DNA of 64,000 nt from Chrysomallon squamiferum. Lineage: Eukaryota > Animalia > Mollusca. The notes beneath the pieces are model-generated. The model was not told where the DNA came from and ran no database searches. It was given only the letters and a program-made list of their open reading frames with translations. A program made the translations under genes and the position numbers. This document shows positions 1 to 14,623 of the stretch, one piece after another. Every line of letters starts with the position of its first letter. Within the stretch, counting starts at the first letter, position 1. The DNA lies in contig CM022676.1 in the NCBI GenBank assembly GCA_012295275.1, positions 310,001 to 374,000 of the forward strand, in the 5' to 3' direction.

Positions 1-357
1 TTTATTTATTTTAGCTTTGATGGTAAAGAATGTATAAACTTACTGTCAAATAACTCCAAGAGAGAGAGAAAAATGATTATTTTATAAACACAAAGATGTT
101 GACAAACTCATCACTGCACCCTGACATAGACTGTTCACAAGAGTATCAAACTATAGATTACAAAATAAAACATTTTTTTCTTTTCTTTTTTAAATTGGGA
201 TAAATCCAAGAAATATGACTTGACCTCTGAGAAGATCTGCAAAGCATAACATCATCTAACAATTTTGTTTTTTCATTCACTTCTTGGAAGACTGACTATT
301 TGAGAGTACAGTAATATAACAGTAAAGATGTGAAGTAATGATGTACAGAAAACTCAC

Positions 358-453
358 GTCTGTGGTAGATGAGAACACACAGTGCTGCTAGGACAAACAT
401 TGATGCGACCATTATGAGTGGAATCCACTGAAAGAATGATCCTAGGAATCGTG
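358..453 (-). CDS. Gene A transmembrane exon
   Basis: ttttcattag acceptor, ARFLGSFFQWIPLIMVASMFVLAALCVLIYHR, gtgagt donor; 96 nt, phase 1-1. Confidence 0.75.
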
Positions 454-3356
454 CTAATGAAAAGTTAAGTATACAAATTTCAGCAAGTACCTGTGGGGGT
501 GTTTGTCTCTGTGTGTGTGTGTGTTTTATTATATTCATTTATTTACTTATTTATTTATTTATCATAGTTGGATATAAAGTTATTCTGACTTATGCTTACG
601 GTGCATGGTTGTACGTTCGTAGTACTCTTTCGGAAACGCTAAAATAAAATTATTAAAGTGAACATTAAATAATACTATCAACAACAACAAGAAATAATAA
701 CCACAACCTATAATAATAATAATAAAAACAACAATAACAATAACAAAACAACAACAATAATAATAACAAAAACAATAAAAATAATAATCATAATAACAAT
801 AATTATTATTTTTTATTTTATAGATTTCTTTTTCTTTCATTCGTTTATTTTAGATATTTTTATGCAGATATAAAAGTATTTGAGTCTTAATACTTACCAA
901 TTTGTTTCTGTGCCTCTATATCAACTAAAATGAAATTATTAAAATGAACAAACATTATCAAATGACTATAGTGATGATGATGATGATAATGATAACAATA
1001 ATACTAAAATGGTTAAAATGTTAGAATCGTTTATTTTTACTTAAATGAGCTTTTATCACAAGCACTGTATTGGAAAATCTACATTTACGAAAACTGTTTA
1101 CCACGCATTTATATAAGGAAATAATAAACATTTATGAAAACTACATCAAGGAAAGCAAGACAGAGTATTTTTTCTTAGATGAATATCCACCCCTGAAACT
1201 ACTTTTTCAACAATGGCATGAAATCTCTTGAGCATTTAGTTTTTTCTTTTATTGTTAAATAATGGCAATAATTTCCTACAAAACAATAAAACAAAGTCTG
1301 AACCAAACAAAATGTAGGTTATGAAAGATCCAGCTTTTAAAATTTAGCCATTGTTGGTATGATATTAAGATTATTGAAAACTTTAGACAGTTTCTGTTTT
1401 ATTTTTGACTATGAGATAATTTTTTATAATACAATTACATTTCACAGTCTATGACTAATACAGAGAAACAGCTAACACTGTTACAGTGACTCACACAGAG
1501 AATCAGCTAACACTGTTACAGTGACACACAGAGAAACAGCTAACACTGTTACAGTGACTCACACACAGAATCAGCTAACACTGTTACAGTGACTCACACA
1601 CTAAGTGCACTCATGTAAGGTTCAGTTTCTGGCACATGAATGAAACAGCTTTAAAACAGTATGGACACTGGACAGACAGAAGAAAAGTGGTAGCCTGTTG
1701 GGTTAGACTTCTGGTGTGTCAGCAAACAAAACAGCCTGGCTACCACTAGAACTGAACCCTGTAACTGGTTATTGTGTTAAGGTATCAGTTCTATCCTGCG
1801 AAGGTTAGAATACTGAGTAAAATGAGGCTTTGCCAAACTGCAGTAACCATTCAACCTGAGCAATATTGTGACAGTTGTATCATGATACACAGGTAGTTGT
1901 ATCACGATACAGAACAGGATAGATGCAGGGACTATGAAACATTGATAAAAATAAGAGAATAAACAAAAACATTCCCACAGTACACCTTGTGTCATAATAA
2001 TAATAATTAGCATACACACTAATAAGTATGTAACTGTCATACACCACTGATAAGTATGTAACTGTCATACACCACTGATAAGTATGTAACTGTCATACAT
2101 CACTGATAAGTATGTAACTGTCATACATCACTGATAAGTATGTAACTGTCATACACCACTGATAAGTATGTAACTGTCATACACCACTGATAAGTATGTA
2201 ACTGTCATACACCACTGATAAGTATGTAACTGTCATACACCACTGATAAGTATGTAACTGTCATACACCACTGATAAAATTCAAAATATCGAACAAATAT
2301 TTAAAAGTAATTACTTATTTACCAGAAACAATAACATGTACAGAGACACTCTGAAATCCATATCTGTTTGTTGCAATACATTCCAAACTGCTGTTTTCAA
2401 TAAACAGAGAGTAGTTTATCTTAATAACAGATCCCCCACCAATGTAATCCTTGTTTAACATCCAGTCAAAGGAAGGAGAGGGAGAAGCATCTGACAAACA
2501 TCTAACTGTTTTGTTACCATTATACTCAATCTTGACTACTGGTGGAAGAATTCTGGTATTAGAAGGTGCATCTAAATTAAAACAAAAATAGACGTATTTA
2601 GTAACAGATAAATGTTATTAAAATAAATAAAATAACCTGTACATATACATATATATATACAGAAAAATTATAATAAATAAAAAGTAATATTAAATAAAAT
2701 ATAAAATGAATTGAAATTATAATAAAAGAAATAAATATTGAAATAAAATTTAAAAAAAGAAAAGAAAAAAGAAAAGAAATTTAAATAAACTCAAATCAAA
2801 TAAAACAAATAAAAATTAAGTATCTAACCTAGAATTAGTAAAATAAAGTTTTAAAAACACAAAATTCAATTTAAAAAACAAAAGTAAAATAAATTAAACT
2901 GAAAAAGACAAGCCAATTAAACTCAAATAAAAAAGATAAAAAATAAGTCAACAAAAATAATCGTTAATAAATGAAGCAAAATGAAAAATATTAATGCCAG
3001 CATTTCAAAGATGAGTGAAATATTTACAGTGAACCACATAAGTGAAGACGGCTGAAGAATTGCCAAGTGAGTTCTTAACTACACATTTTATTACTGGTGG
3101 ATCTCGCAAAACACTGGATATTGTCATTGATTCACCTACGAAGTACTTAGTGTCATTCACATACCACATGTAATACGCAGGAGGACGAGATTTTGATATG
3201 CATTTGATTACGACTCTCTCACCCACTAGAAAGTCAGTGCCATTTGGTGGGACAAATGAAATATTTCGAGGAGAATCTGAAACAGTGTGGTCATATACAT
3301 ATATACATATGTGCTGTGAATGTTTGTGTATGTGTGTGTACTACATACATATACAC

Positions 3357-3388
<32 letters not shown>

Positions 3389-5099
3389 ACAACAGAGATA
3401 GAGAGAAAGAGAGATAATGAATATGATGATGAGAAATAATAAAAAAAAATTATTGTTCTTTAAATTATCTAATCACCTTTTGAAATGAAAATTAATTTAA
3501 ATAATTTTTTTAGATTAATTAAAGAATAAATAATATGGCAAGAATAAGCATCTATCACATGTCATTCTTAATCACTACCAGATATTTTTGACAAGGAATT
3601 ATTTACACAGCAAATTCAACCTAGGTACGTGCTAATACAGCTATCAATAAGAAAACAAATTTTGAATCTGCTAAGCCCTTAAGTTACTGGCAATCCAGAT
3701 ACTGAGGACAGTTTAGTTTTTTGGATTTAAAGGTTCTTACAGTTGACAGTAACAATCATTGCCTGCTCCATCTGCTGGGACGAGTAGCACTTGTAGGTTC
3801 CCTCGTCTGACGTCTGCAGTCGTTGTATCTGCAGTGCGGATGACGACAGCGCAGTGTACCGTCCCTGCAGTCTGACGTCAGATCCACCCACTGACCAAGT
3901 GACAGAGCTGACGTTGCCACAGTGCAGCACCAAAGAGCTGTTCTCATCACTGTTGTATAACTTTACAGCTACAGCAGAAAAAAAGAAAAAATAGAAGAAA
4001 AGAATGAAAGAAAAAAGGATAGGTTGAAGGATGGATGGATGGACGGATGAATGGGTGGATAGCTAACTTTACAGCCTCAACAGAAAAAGTAGAGTCACTG
4101 GATAAAGAAAGGAAGGAATGAAAGGATGAAATTATGAATGACTGAATGATTCAAAACAGAAAATATAACAAGTGATGTTTAACATAGTTAAAATTATAAT
4201 CCTTACATTCAACTACATGAGTGTTTCACATAGTTAAAATTATAATCTTTACATTCAACTACACGAGTGTTTGACATAGTTAAAATTACAATCCTTACAT
4301 TCAACTACACGAGTGTTTGACATAGTTAAAATTACAATCCTTACATTCAACTACACGAGTGTTTCACATAGTTAAAATTACAATCCTTACATTCAACTAC
4401 ACGAGTGTTTCACATAGTTAAAATTACAATCCTTACATTCAACTACACGAGTGTTTCACATAGTTAAAATTACAATCCTTACATTCAACTACACGAGTGT
4501 TTCACATAGTTAAAATTACAATCCTTACATTCAACTACACGAGTGTTTCACATAGTTAAAATTACAATCCTTACATTCAACTACACGAGTGTTTCACATA
4601 GTTAAAATTACAATCCTTACATTCAACTACACGAGTGTTTCACATAGTTAAAATTACAATCCTTACATTCAACTACACGAGTGTTTCACATAGTTAAAAT
4701 TACAATCCTTACATTCAACTACACGAGTGTTTCACATAGTTAAAATTACAATCCTTACATTCAACTACACGAGTGTTTGACGTAGTTAAAATTACAATCT
4801 TACGTCCCACTATCACTTGTAATTGGAGAGACACACTTCCATAAGGATTGATAGCTTGGCAAGTCAGAAGTTTGGTGTCGTCCATGGTGCTGTTGCTGAT
4901 GGTGATTTCTTCAGTGTGGCTGACTGCAGCTGTCTCTGCATACCACCAGTACAAGGCTGGGGGGTTAGCGTCAGTCTCACAGAAGGCTGTTTGTGTTTCA
5001 CCATATTCCATTATCCAGCTCACTGCAGGAATCGTTCTGATATTTCTTGGAGCATCTAAAATAAATTATTTATCTTGTACAAACAAAGATGTGTGTTGG

Positions 5100-5157
<58 letters not shown>

Positions 5158-5295
5158 TGTGTGTGTGTGTCTGTGTGCACGCACAATTACATACACCATA
5201 CACTCGGATACTGACAGATGAACATTTAACCATATATAGATAGTCATATATATAAATAAACAGATGCACATTCATATACACTGGAGAAAAAAAAT

Positions 5296-5394
<99 letters not shown>

Positions 5395-6454
5395 ATTATT
5401 TTTGTATTATTCTTACATTCAACAATAAGTTGAAAAGACACATTCTGTTTTCCAAACTGATTTTCAGCCACACATGTCAGGTTACCATCTACTGGTTGCA
5501 CCTTCCGTATGACCAGTGTTTGACTTCCAGCAATTCTTTTCGAAGACAAAAACCAACTAAACACAGCAGGAGGAAAAGCATCAGTGAGACATTTCACTTC
5601 AAACCACATTCCTTCTTCCAGTATCATTGATGACTCAGGGTTTGTTGTTGTATTGCGAGGAGCATCTTGAAAACGCATATAAACACAATGTCTGTAGAGT
5701 TTCAGTGTAGTATAGTTTCAGTGTAATGTGTGTACAGTTTCAGTGTAATGTATAGTTTCAGTGTAATGTGTGTACAGTTTCAGTGTAATGTCTGTACAGT
5801 TTCAGTGTAATGTCTGTACAGTTTCAGTGTAATGTATAGTTTCAGTGTAATGTCTGTACAGTTTCAGTGTAGTGTGCACAGTTTCAGTGTAATGTATAGT
5901 TTTAGTGTAATGTCTGTACAGTTTTAGTGTAATGTATAGTTTCAGTGTAATGTGTGTACAGTTTCAGAGTAATGTCTGTACAGTTTCAGAGTAATGTCTG
6001 TACAGTTTCAGTGTAGTGTGCACAGTTTCAGTGTAATGTCTGTACAGTTTCAGAGTAATGTCTGTACAGTTTCAGTGTAGTGTGCACAGTTTCAGAGTTT
6101 CAGAGTAATGTCTGTACAGTTTCAGTGTAGTGTGCACAGTTTCAGCATAATGCACCAACACAAAGGAAGACTGTGAGTGCTTACACTGAACTTGTAGCAG
6201 GAAGGTCTCGACAGTTTTCGTGCCGAGCAGACACTTGTACAGCGCTTTGTCTGCTGCCAGGACATGACTAATCTGCAGCTGGGTAGGAGATGACTTTGAG
6301 AACTTTACAGACGACATTACAATGAAAATATCATTTTTTGTCCAAACCACTTCTTCTGACGTAGGGCAATCAATAACAGCTGAAAATGTTTCCACTGCTG
6401 TCACTGTGTTTACATCTTAAAATAAATAAACAAATAAATAAATAAATAAACACA

Positions 6455-6512
<58 letters not shown>

Positions 6513-9500
6513 CTACCAATGTATGCATCTGTTTGTATGTATGTTGCATCTATTTATGTGAAAATTTATTTATGCAACAGTGCACAAATGTGTATATGAG
6601 TCTGTATGTAAAAATGTGCATTATGTGCTGCATTCATAAATGTTTACCTCCCACTATGACTTCAATTTCTGCAGTTTGAACGCCAAGTCTGTTCCACACA
6701 ACTAGTCTGTAAACTCCAGTGTCATTGTGAGTTGCATCTTCTATTGTCATTATGTTTGTGAATGAGAACTTGTCACACCCTCGGTACCACATGAACGATG
6801 CAGGTGGAGAGGCGTCTACTGAACTCTGGAATGTTACACTGCCTCCAACTCTCAGCTTCACCGATTCTGCAGGAAACAGTTGTATTGGGTTAGGTGCATC
6901 TGTCAAAGATTTGTTAAAAGATGATTTGTAAAGAAAGATGTGTTATAATATGATTTCTACAGATAATTTTACATAATTTACAATTAACAAACATGAATAT
7001 TAATACTTGTTTGTAAATTCTCTATGCAACGCATTCTAGATGTATAATGTGAATCTATAGATAGATTCTAAGTTGTCTGTCATTTTGTACAATACACTTT
7101 ACATAAATCAAGTAAAGAAATATACAAGTATTATTATGTATTATATAATATGTCTATTATTTTATAAAACACATTTAAATTACAGCTTACAGTGAACAAA
7201 CACAGTGATGTTGACCGCATCTTTTCCAAGACTGTTTACAACTTTACATGTAAAGATTTCCTGAGATGCACTGTTTGTACTGTCTATTCTCAGCTGAGAT
7301 TCTGTGCCAACCAAGACATTATCTCTCCACCAGGAATACTCAACACTAGGGTAAGCATCTGTCTGACACAGTACTACCACACCTTCCCCTTTCTTCACCG
7401 TCACTTCTCTTGCAGGGACAGTTGTTGTGTTGCGAGGTGCATCTGCAGAGATAATTTTAAATAATTATGTGACAATGTTTAACTGTCAAAATTTTAGATA
7501 CAAGTGTGACAGTGTTTAAGTGTCAAAATTTAAGTAAGTATGTAACAAATATATTCTTTAGGAACAGTGATTATTTTTAGGTTGTTTTTGTGATTTTGTG
7601 TTAATGTTTTTATTAACATTGTTGTTCAACTGCTGATAATATTACCATTACTATCATTACTACAATTATTCCTTATAACAATACTGTGACTACTTCCACT
7701 ACTAATACAGTGTTGTTACTACTGCAATCACTATTGTTAGTACATTGATTCTAATTAACTACTTGGTAATTCATTCATTCTTTTTCTTGGAAATAACAAT
7801 TCTTTCCCAACTTTAAGAATTCTAATCCTTTTTAAATTTTATTTTAACTGAAGTAAAGACAACAATGATCTACTTACGTTTGACAGTCAACTGCATGACA
7901 TCCACCACATTACCAGACACATAACACTTGTAGACTCCTTCATCTCGTATCCTGATTTCTGAAATACCAAGATCTGATTCTGACATCAGACTGTATCCAC
8001 TTGTCTTCATGTTGATGCGGACATCATCTTTGGTCCAGAAGATGCTGGGAGAATTTTGAGGCGTATCACAGTACAGTTTAGTTGAAGAATTTGGTAATGT
8101 TACATACTTTTTTACACCTTCAATAAATAATAATAATAATAACAACAACAATAACAACAACAACAACAACAATATTTATAACAATAATAATAAGATGAAG
8201 AAGAAAATGGTGATGATTATGATGATAATAAGAAAATGAGTAAGGAAACTGATGACAATAATAACAATAATAATAATAATCATAATAACAGAAATATTGA
8301 CAAAAATAATCAACAGAATAATATTTTTAATTTATTAATAAAACACTAATAAGATATAATAGTAATACTAATAACAACAATGAGAAAAGATGAACATAAT
8401 AACAATAGGAGCAATAGTTACACCTACAACAAGTAAACAGTATTAAATCTAATGATAAAAACAACAACAATAATAATAATAATAAAAAATTCAAATTCAA
8501 ATTCAAAATTCAGAATTAAAAATTCAAAAATAAAGTTAAAAATCTAAAGTAAACTTAAAAAAAAAATCTAAATAATCTAAAAGCTCAAAATAAAAATTAA
8601 ACTTGATTAAAGTAAAAATGAACTATATTTACTTCCAACTATAATTTTAATTTCAGCAGAATCTGAACCCACACTGTTGTTTACCAAACACTTCAGTTTT
8701 CCAGAATCTTCTACTTTAGCATGGCTGATGTTCAGTACCTCAGTTCTGCTGACGACGTTGTCACCTCGGAACCACGTGTAAGTGGCAGGAGGCTTTGCCT
8801 TGGTCTCACATTCAATCAGTGCAGAGTCATTTTCTTCCATTACTACATACTGTGATGGGACTATTCTCACTCCCTTTGGTGGATCTAGAAGAGAAAATAA
8901 TTAAATAAAAACTATAACAACACCAGTTAACTAATACATAAAAATAAATAAAAACAATATACCTCTGCCCACATAAACATGTAAGCAATTATTCACACAA
9001 ACACCACACACACACACACACACACACTATAACAGACTACAACAACAATTATATTAAAATCTTACAGTGAACAGTGACAGTGAGCTGAGCAGACTGTTTC
9101 CCCTCACTGTTTTCAGCCTCACACATCAAGACTCCATCATCGTCTCCATACACCTTCTCCACTGTGAAGTGTGAACCCTGACCTATCTTCACCCCATTTC
9201 TCAGCCACCTGAAGTGAGGTGGAGGTACAGCATCACTTCTGCACAGCAGTGACAACCCATCACCTTCTACTAGTGTTAAATTGTTTGGTTGCAGTATTTC
9301 AGTGTCAACAGGGGCATCTGCAATATGACATGTCACAAATATCAGTCAGATGAATGAAGACACAAAAATGACATACAATCATACAGAAAAAAGAATAAAT
9401 ACTGAGAGACAGTAAGACAAAATGACAACAGCATAGTTCTCATATTCAGCAGCAATCATCACTAGAGTGATTATGTTTGAGTGCTTACTTTTCAGCACTA

Positions 9501-12039
9501 AGATAAAATGTGTGACATATTTTGAAGAAATGCAATTAAGTGTGACTGAATAAAAATAATGCAACAAGAGCAAACAAAGGCTGAATCAACAAACTGAGCC
9601 TAAAAATAACTAATTTTTTCTGCTATTAATTGTGTAATCACCATGGATTAAAAAAATGGATTTAAAAGTGTAAAAGAATCAGACTTTTTCTGAAATTGTT
9701 TTTACAACCTTGATATGAAAATCTAACTTCTTATAAATTCCTAATATCAACTCTACATTGTCAGCTTGGTTATTTTGTATAAGTTTGCATTTCACTTTTT
9801 TTTTCATTTTACTTGTACCTTATTTTTATTTTGTATAAAAGCTTGCATACACATTTGTTTTACTTGCACCTTATTTTTATTTTGTATAAAAGCTTGCATA
9901 CACATTTGTTTTACTTGCACCTTATTTTTATTTGCCACTTTACACTTACGAATGATACTTAGTTGAATAAATGGACTTCTCCCAACTCCATCAGAATTCC
10001 AAGCTTGACAAATATACACTCCACTGTCTTCTGTTTGTATGTCTTTGATAGTCAGTGTAGATCTTGACAATGTGCCACCAATCTCAAATTTATCTTCTGT
10101 ATGGTTCACCAATTTTTCATTGTGAACCCAGCTTATGTTGTGAATGCTTGTTATCTTTGTCATTATATTGCAGTCAAACATAATTTCTGCAGATTTACTC
10201 ACAAAGTACAACGTTGCTGATGTTGTCACCCTTGGTAGAACTATGACAGGAAAAACAAAACACAGAATAAAAGTCTGCAATCTGAACAGATCTATGGACC
10301 AAACAGATAATATTTCATATTACATCTCTTTGTGATATGCTATTACTTTGTGATATACTATTAATACTTCTAATATTCATACATCCTACAGTCACTGTAC
10401 TTAGTGGCACGATATGAGGACTACACACAGTCACATAAAACAAATAGACATCATTAACATTTCAACCCAAAACATATTCATAACCAGCTCAACCCCTCCA
10501 GCTAAACTACAAAGTTTACATTATAAAAATTATTTTAAATCATACAAATACTTACATTTCAGAACTAATTTCAGTTCATCTACCAGTTTTGTTTCTGTTT
10601 CTTCATGCACCATGTAACACAAGACTAGCTTCCCATGATCCTCCCTGCTGAACTCAGTTCTCAGTATGCTGGTGGAGTTGTAGGTTCCGTCTTTGTTAGA
10701 ATCTATGTTGTTGTAGCCAGAAAAAAACTCCTCACCAATTTGCCAGGCTAAACTTGCTGCCGGGTTTCCAGAGTCTGACTGACACCTGAACGTCATTTTT
10801 CTACCTGGCAGCATTTTGTCCAGCAGAGTGATCACTGGGGCAGTGGGCATCACTGAGTCCCAGACAAGTAATACAAATAATTAAAATAACAATAGTAATA
10901 ATAATAATAATAATAACAATAGTAATAATAATAATAATAATAATATTAATAATAATAATAATATTAGTAATAATAATAGTAATAAAAATAATAATAATAA
11001 TAATAATAATAATAGTAATAATACTAAATAAATAGTAATAATAATAATAATAAAAATAATAATAATATTAATAATAATAATAATAATAATAATAGTAATA
11101 ATAATAATCCTAAATGTTTCTATTTACTTTAGTGGATTGTAACAATGTCAAAACTACTGATTTCACCACCAGAATTGCCCGAAGTGATCAAGTAAACAAA
11201 ACAAACTCCTTGCCTAACTATCACACATTAAGTTTTTCTCTTGAACTTATTAACTGATTCAATATTCTACTTGTCATAAGTTATCACCATATCTCAAAAT
11301 GCACTTTATCTATGACATTGTTGGTCTTACTACTTTCATGGCCACCATCCTCTGCGTGTAAATGTAAATGACAATTACATACATCATTCATTACAGTAAG
11401 AGACTGGAAGCTTCTGTTTACATAAACAAACTTCCAGAAGCCTGGACAGACCAGTATAGTCACTACTTCAGGGCCAAAAATGCCCTATAGCCAGAATTAC
11501 AATCTGACAATATTTACACATAAACTTCTCCATACTTATGCTACATACTTACACTGTGAACACGTATGTACTATAAACTTCTCTATACTTAGACTATATT
11601 TATACTTACACTGTAAATACGTACATATACTATAAACTTTTACATAAGAAGATTATAAACTTCTCAATACTTACCAAATACATTTATCTGAGCCTGCACC
11701 ATTTTGGTGTATGCTCGAAACTTAACAGTACAACGAAAATCCAGTACATTCATTGAGCGATCAGCAATAAAATATATTGTTTTCTGTGACATCCAGACAT
11801 TGTTCTGCTGTTGTTCTTTTGAGGAGAATACTCCTGGTAATTCTGTTTCAGGGTCGTCACTGCGTGTCCAGACTATAGATCCCTGGCCTCCATGTATGAC
11901 TGTCCTGCATATCAGTGAAGTGTTCTTACCTTCAGTAACGAAGTATGGCTTCTCAATTGTTGTTTTTTCCTGAAAAATACAAAATTTTATGTAAGTCTGT
12001 GTAATACTGTGTAACTCCAAAACAAAAGTAGGAGTAACA

Positions 12040-12085
<46 letters not shown>

Positions 12086-12269
12086 TAATAATAATAATGA
12101 AAATGTTGATGTAATGGTCATAATAATAAAACAATAATAATAATGACAGTGATGATGATTATGATGATGATAACAACAATAATATTTAATTATAATTAAA
12201 AAAATAAGAACTGCAAGAACAACTAATAATAATAAATAATATTAATACTAATAACAACTGTAACAGTAT

Positions 12270-12368
<99 letters not shown>

Positions 12369-12760
12369 AATAAAACTAGCTAAAAGTAACCATATTAAAG
12401 ATAATTTATTTTAATAATAACAGAACACCAGATGATGATAGTAACAGTAGTATAAATATCTGCTTTTTCATGATAATGTACTTCTTTTATTATTATTTAA
12501 AAATACTAAAACCTCAACAAAACAACCTTAGACACCATTTATTACATGAAAAATAAAATACATCAGTAAGTACCCAGTTATTATTTTTGAGAAATACTTG
12601 TATGTACGTAAATCCTTAAGGTACTTATAATTTAAATTTATGGAGATGATACTGATCATGATGATGATGTTTAATTATTTATTATTTACTAATTTGATGT
12701 AAGTTTAAATAATAATTACATGAAAAACAATCATATCAGTAATTCCAAAGGAAAACAGTA

Positions 12761-12815
<55 letters not shown>

Positions 12816-13106
12816 AAATGAAGATCATGATGATCGTGGTAATAATAATAACAATAATTATAATTAATAATAATAATAATAATAACGCTACTATATTTCA
12901 TATTTTTCATCATTACTTATTTCTTATTTTAAAATTATTTACTACTTATTATTTTCATCATCATCATCGTTTTATTTACTAGTAATAAAAGTTGGTGTGC
13001 CTACTATAGAATAGCCAGGCAAATTATCGCACACAATACTCATAATTCTGAGTTCGATGTACAGAAAAATCAAACTGGGACACGAAATCTTGGTTTTATC
13101 TGACAT
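358..13106 (-). CDS. Gene A: multi-exon IgSF type I membrane protein, 14 Ig domains + TM (CEACAM/nephrin/hemicentin-like); cytoplasmic exons lie beyond the left edge
   Basis: Hand-spliced exons in transcription order: putative leader 13106-13005 (tentative), 11969-11675, 10852-10556, 10240-9950, 9317-9066, 8884-8633, 8117-7878, 7442-7191, 6899-6648, 6415-6185, 5665-5417, 5055-4804, 3968-3741, 3276-3028, 2571-2323, linker 924-898, TM 453-358 (WIPLIMVASMFVLAALCVLIYHR). Most Ig exons have C...W...(D.G.Y)C; 6899-6648 lacks both canonical cysteines. All junctions after D1 are phase 1 GT-AG. >1270 codons in frame. Confidence 0.85.
1460..1600. repeat. Minisatellite, ~35-bp unit x4
   Basis: acagagaatcagctaacactgttacagtgactcac repeated. 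Confidence 0.85.
2011..2277. repeat. Minisatellite, 28-bp unit x~9
   Basis: catacaccactgataagtatgtaactgt repeated. Confidence 0.92.
4180..4803. repeat. Minisatellite, 46-bp unit x~13, abutting a gene A splice donor
   Basis: catagttaaaattacaatccttacattcaactacacgagtgtttca repeated nearly perfectly. Confidence 0.95.
5690..6145. repeat. Degenerate 18-22-bp minisatellite
   Basis: gtacagtttcagtgtaatgtct variants. Confidence 0.85.
9805..9935. repeat. ~51-bp tandem repeat x2.5
   Basis: ttttacttgcaccttatttttattttgtataaaagcttgcatacacatttg repeated. Confidence 0.8.
10885..11108. repeat. (AAT)n microsatellite
   Basis: Long imperfect aat run; similar tracts at 12040-12365, 12760-12880, 21488-21565 and 35075-35305. 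Confidence 0.9.
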
Positions 13107-13455
13107 GTCTTTAGAACTACAGCTGAAAAGTGTGAGAGTTCACATCTGAAAATAAAAAGAATTACTTTTTAACACAACATTTGTCATAATATAATTTTAA
13201 TTACTTAAACTTACGACTTGTTTAGTTATATTTCAAGTTGCCTCTTTCTAAGTATAACCATGTTTAATAAAAGCACAGGGTAGACAACTCTGGAAAGATG
13301 TCGCAGGAATGACGATGGACGTAATTAATAATTGTTTTTGTAAGCATATGGATTTCTGATATTAAACTGAAGTTGGCAAATAAGACCAAATGTGCATCCT
13401 AGGTCGAATTTGTGACAAGAAAATGATGCAATGACTATGGAGAAAAATAATTTAA

Positions 13456-13489
<34 letters not shown>

Positions 13490-13927
13490 GTTGCACTTCA
13501 GTATTAAAGAAATCGTTTTTAGCAGGGCCTAAACTAACTCTAAACAGCATAATAATTTTACACCTTGTAAGATGATTTTTGTTGTTTTTATCAATTTATT
13601 TAGTTGTTTCTTTTGGGTTTTTTTTGACTAATGCGTCCTTCGATCGTCAGTGTTTGGTATAACTGGTTAAATAACAAAACATTTTGTATAAAGGATAACT
13701 CTTTATAATGATTACTTTCTTATGACTAAATTTTAGAAAAAGTCAGCAGAAGTATTACTGAACAATGTGAAATTTGGCCTTTAAGTATACTCATGTAAAT
13801 AAAACTGCATAACAAACTAAATAACATAACAAATATAAAAGAGAGAAATGATTAACTAAATACAGCACTCAGAATTAAAAAAAAAAAAAAAAAAGAAGAA
13901 AGAAATTGTAAGTGAAAGGGAACTCAC

Positions 13928-14080
13928 CATATAAGCTAGTGACGTCATAACAAAAGACTCTGATTGTCTGCGCCAATTGAAGTTAGATGGCGCTTCGTTC
14001 ACTTGTTGCTAATGTGTTCGTATCCCGAGTTATTAGTTCAGGTTACAGTTAAGGAATACTTGTTTATCGCAATATATATA

Positions 14081-14129
<49 letters not shown>

Positions 14130-14589
14130 AAAAAAAAAAAAAAGAAAAGAAGTTAGATAAACAGATCAATATCACTGTATATATCTATTATATAAAGCAT
14201 CTGACAAACATACTGCTGAAGTTAATTCAGAAAAGAAATGTTCTGATATTGTTTCCAGCTATTTAATTTTATCTCTCTCCGCTATTGATGTACTTTAGTA
14301 TATAATGCAGTTATTGTAAAAGAACATCTGTGAATTCCAACGGTCATTATCTATCTATCGATGTCTTTCTGAATGATACACAGGCAAATTTCGTTTAGAA
14401 ATGCCAACAGAAAAAATGAAAAAAGTCGTCACTTTTACAACTGATAAATTATAAATATCTTGGTACCATTTTAAAGGTATTTTTTAGCTCCTTCAAAAAT
14501 ATCTTTATATTGTTTGTTTGATTTTTATTTTTTATTTTTTATTTTTTTATTTACTTGTCTAACTATAAAGGTTTCGACATCAGGAAAAG

Positions 14590-14623
<34 letters not shown>

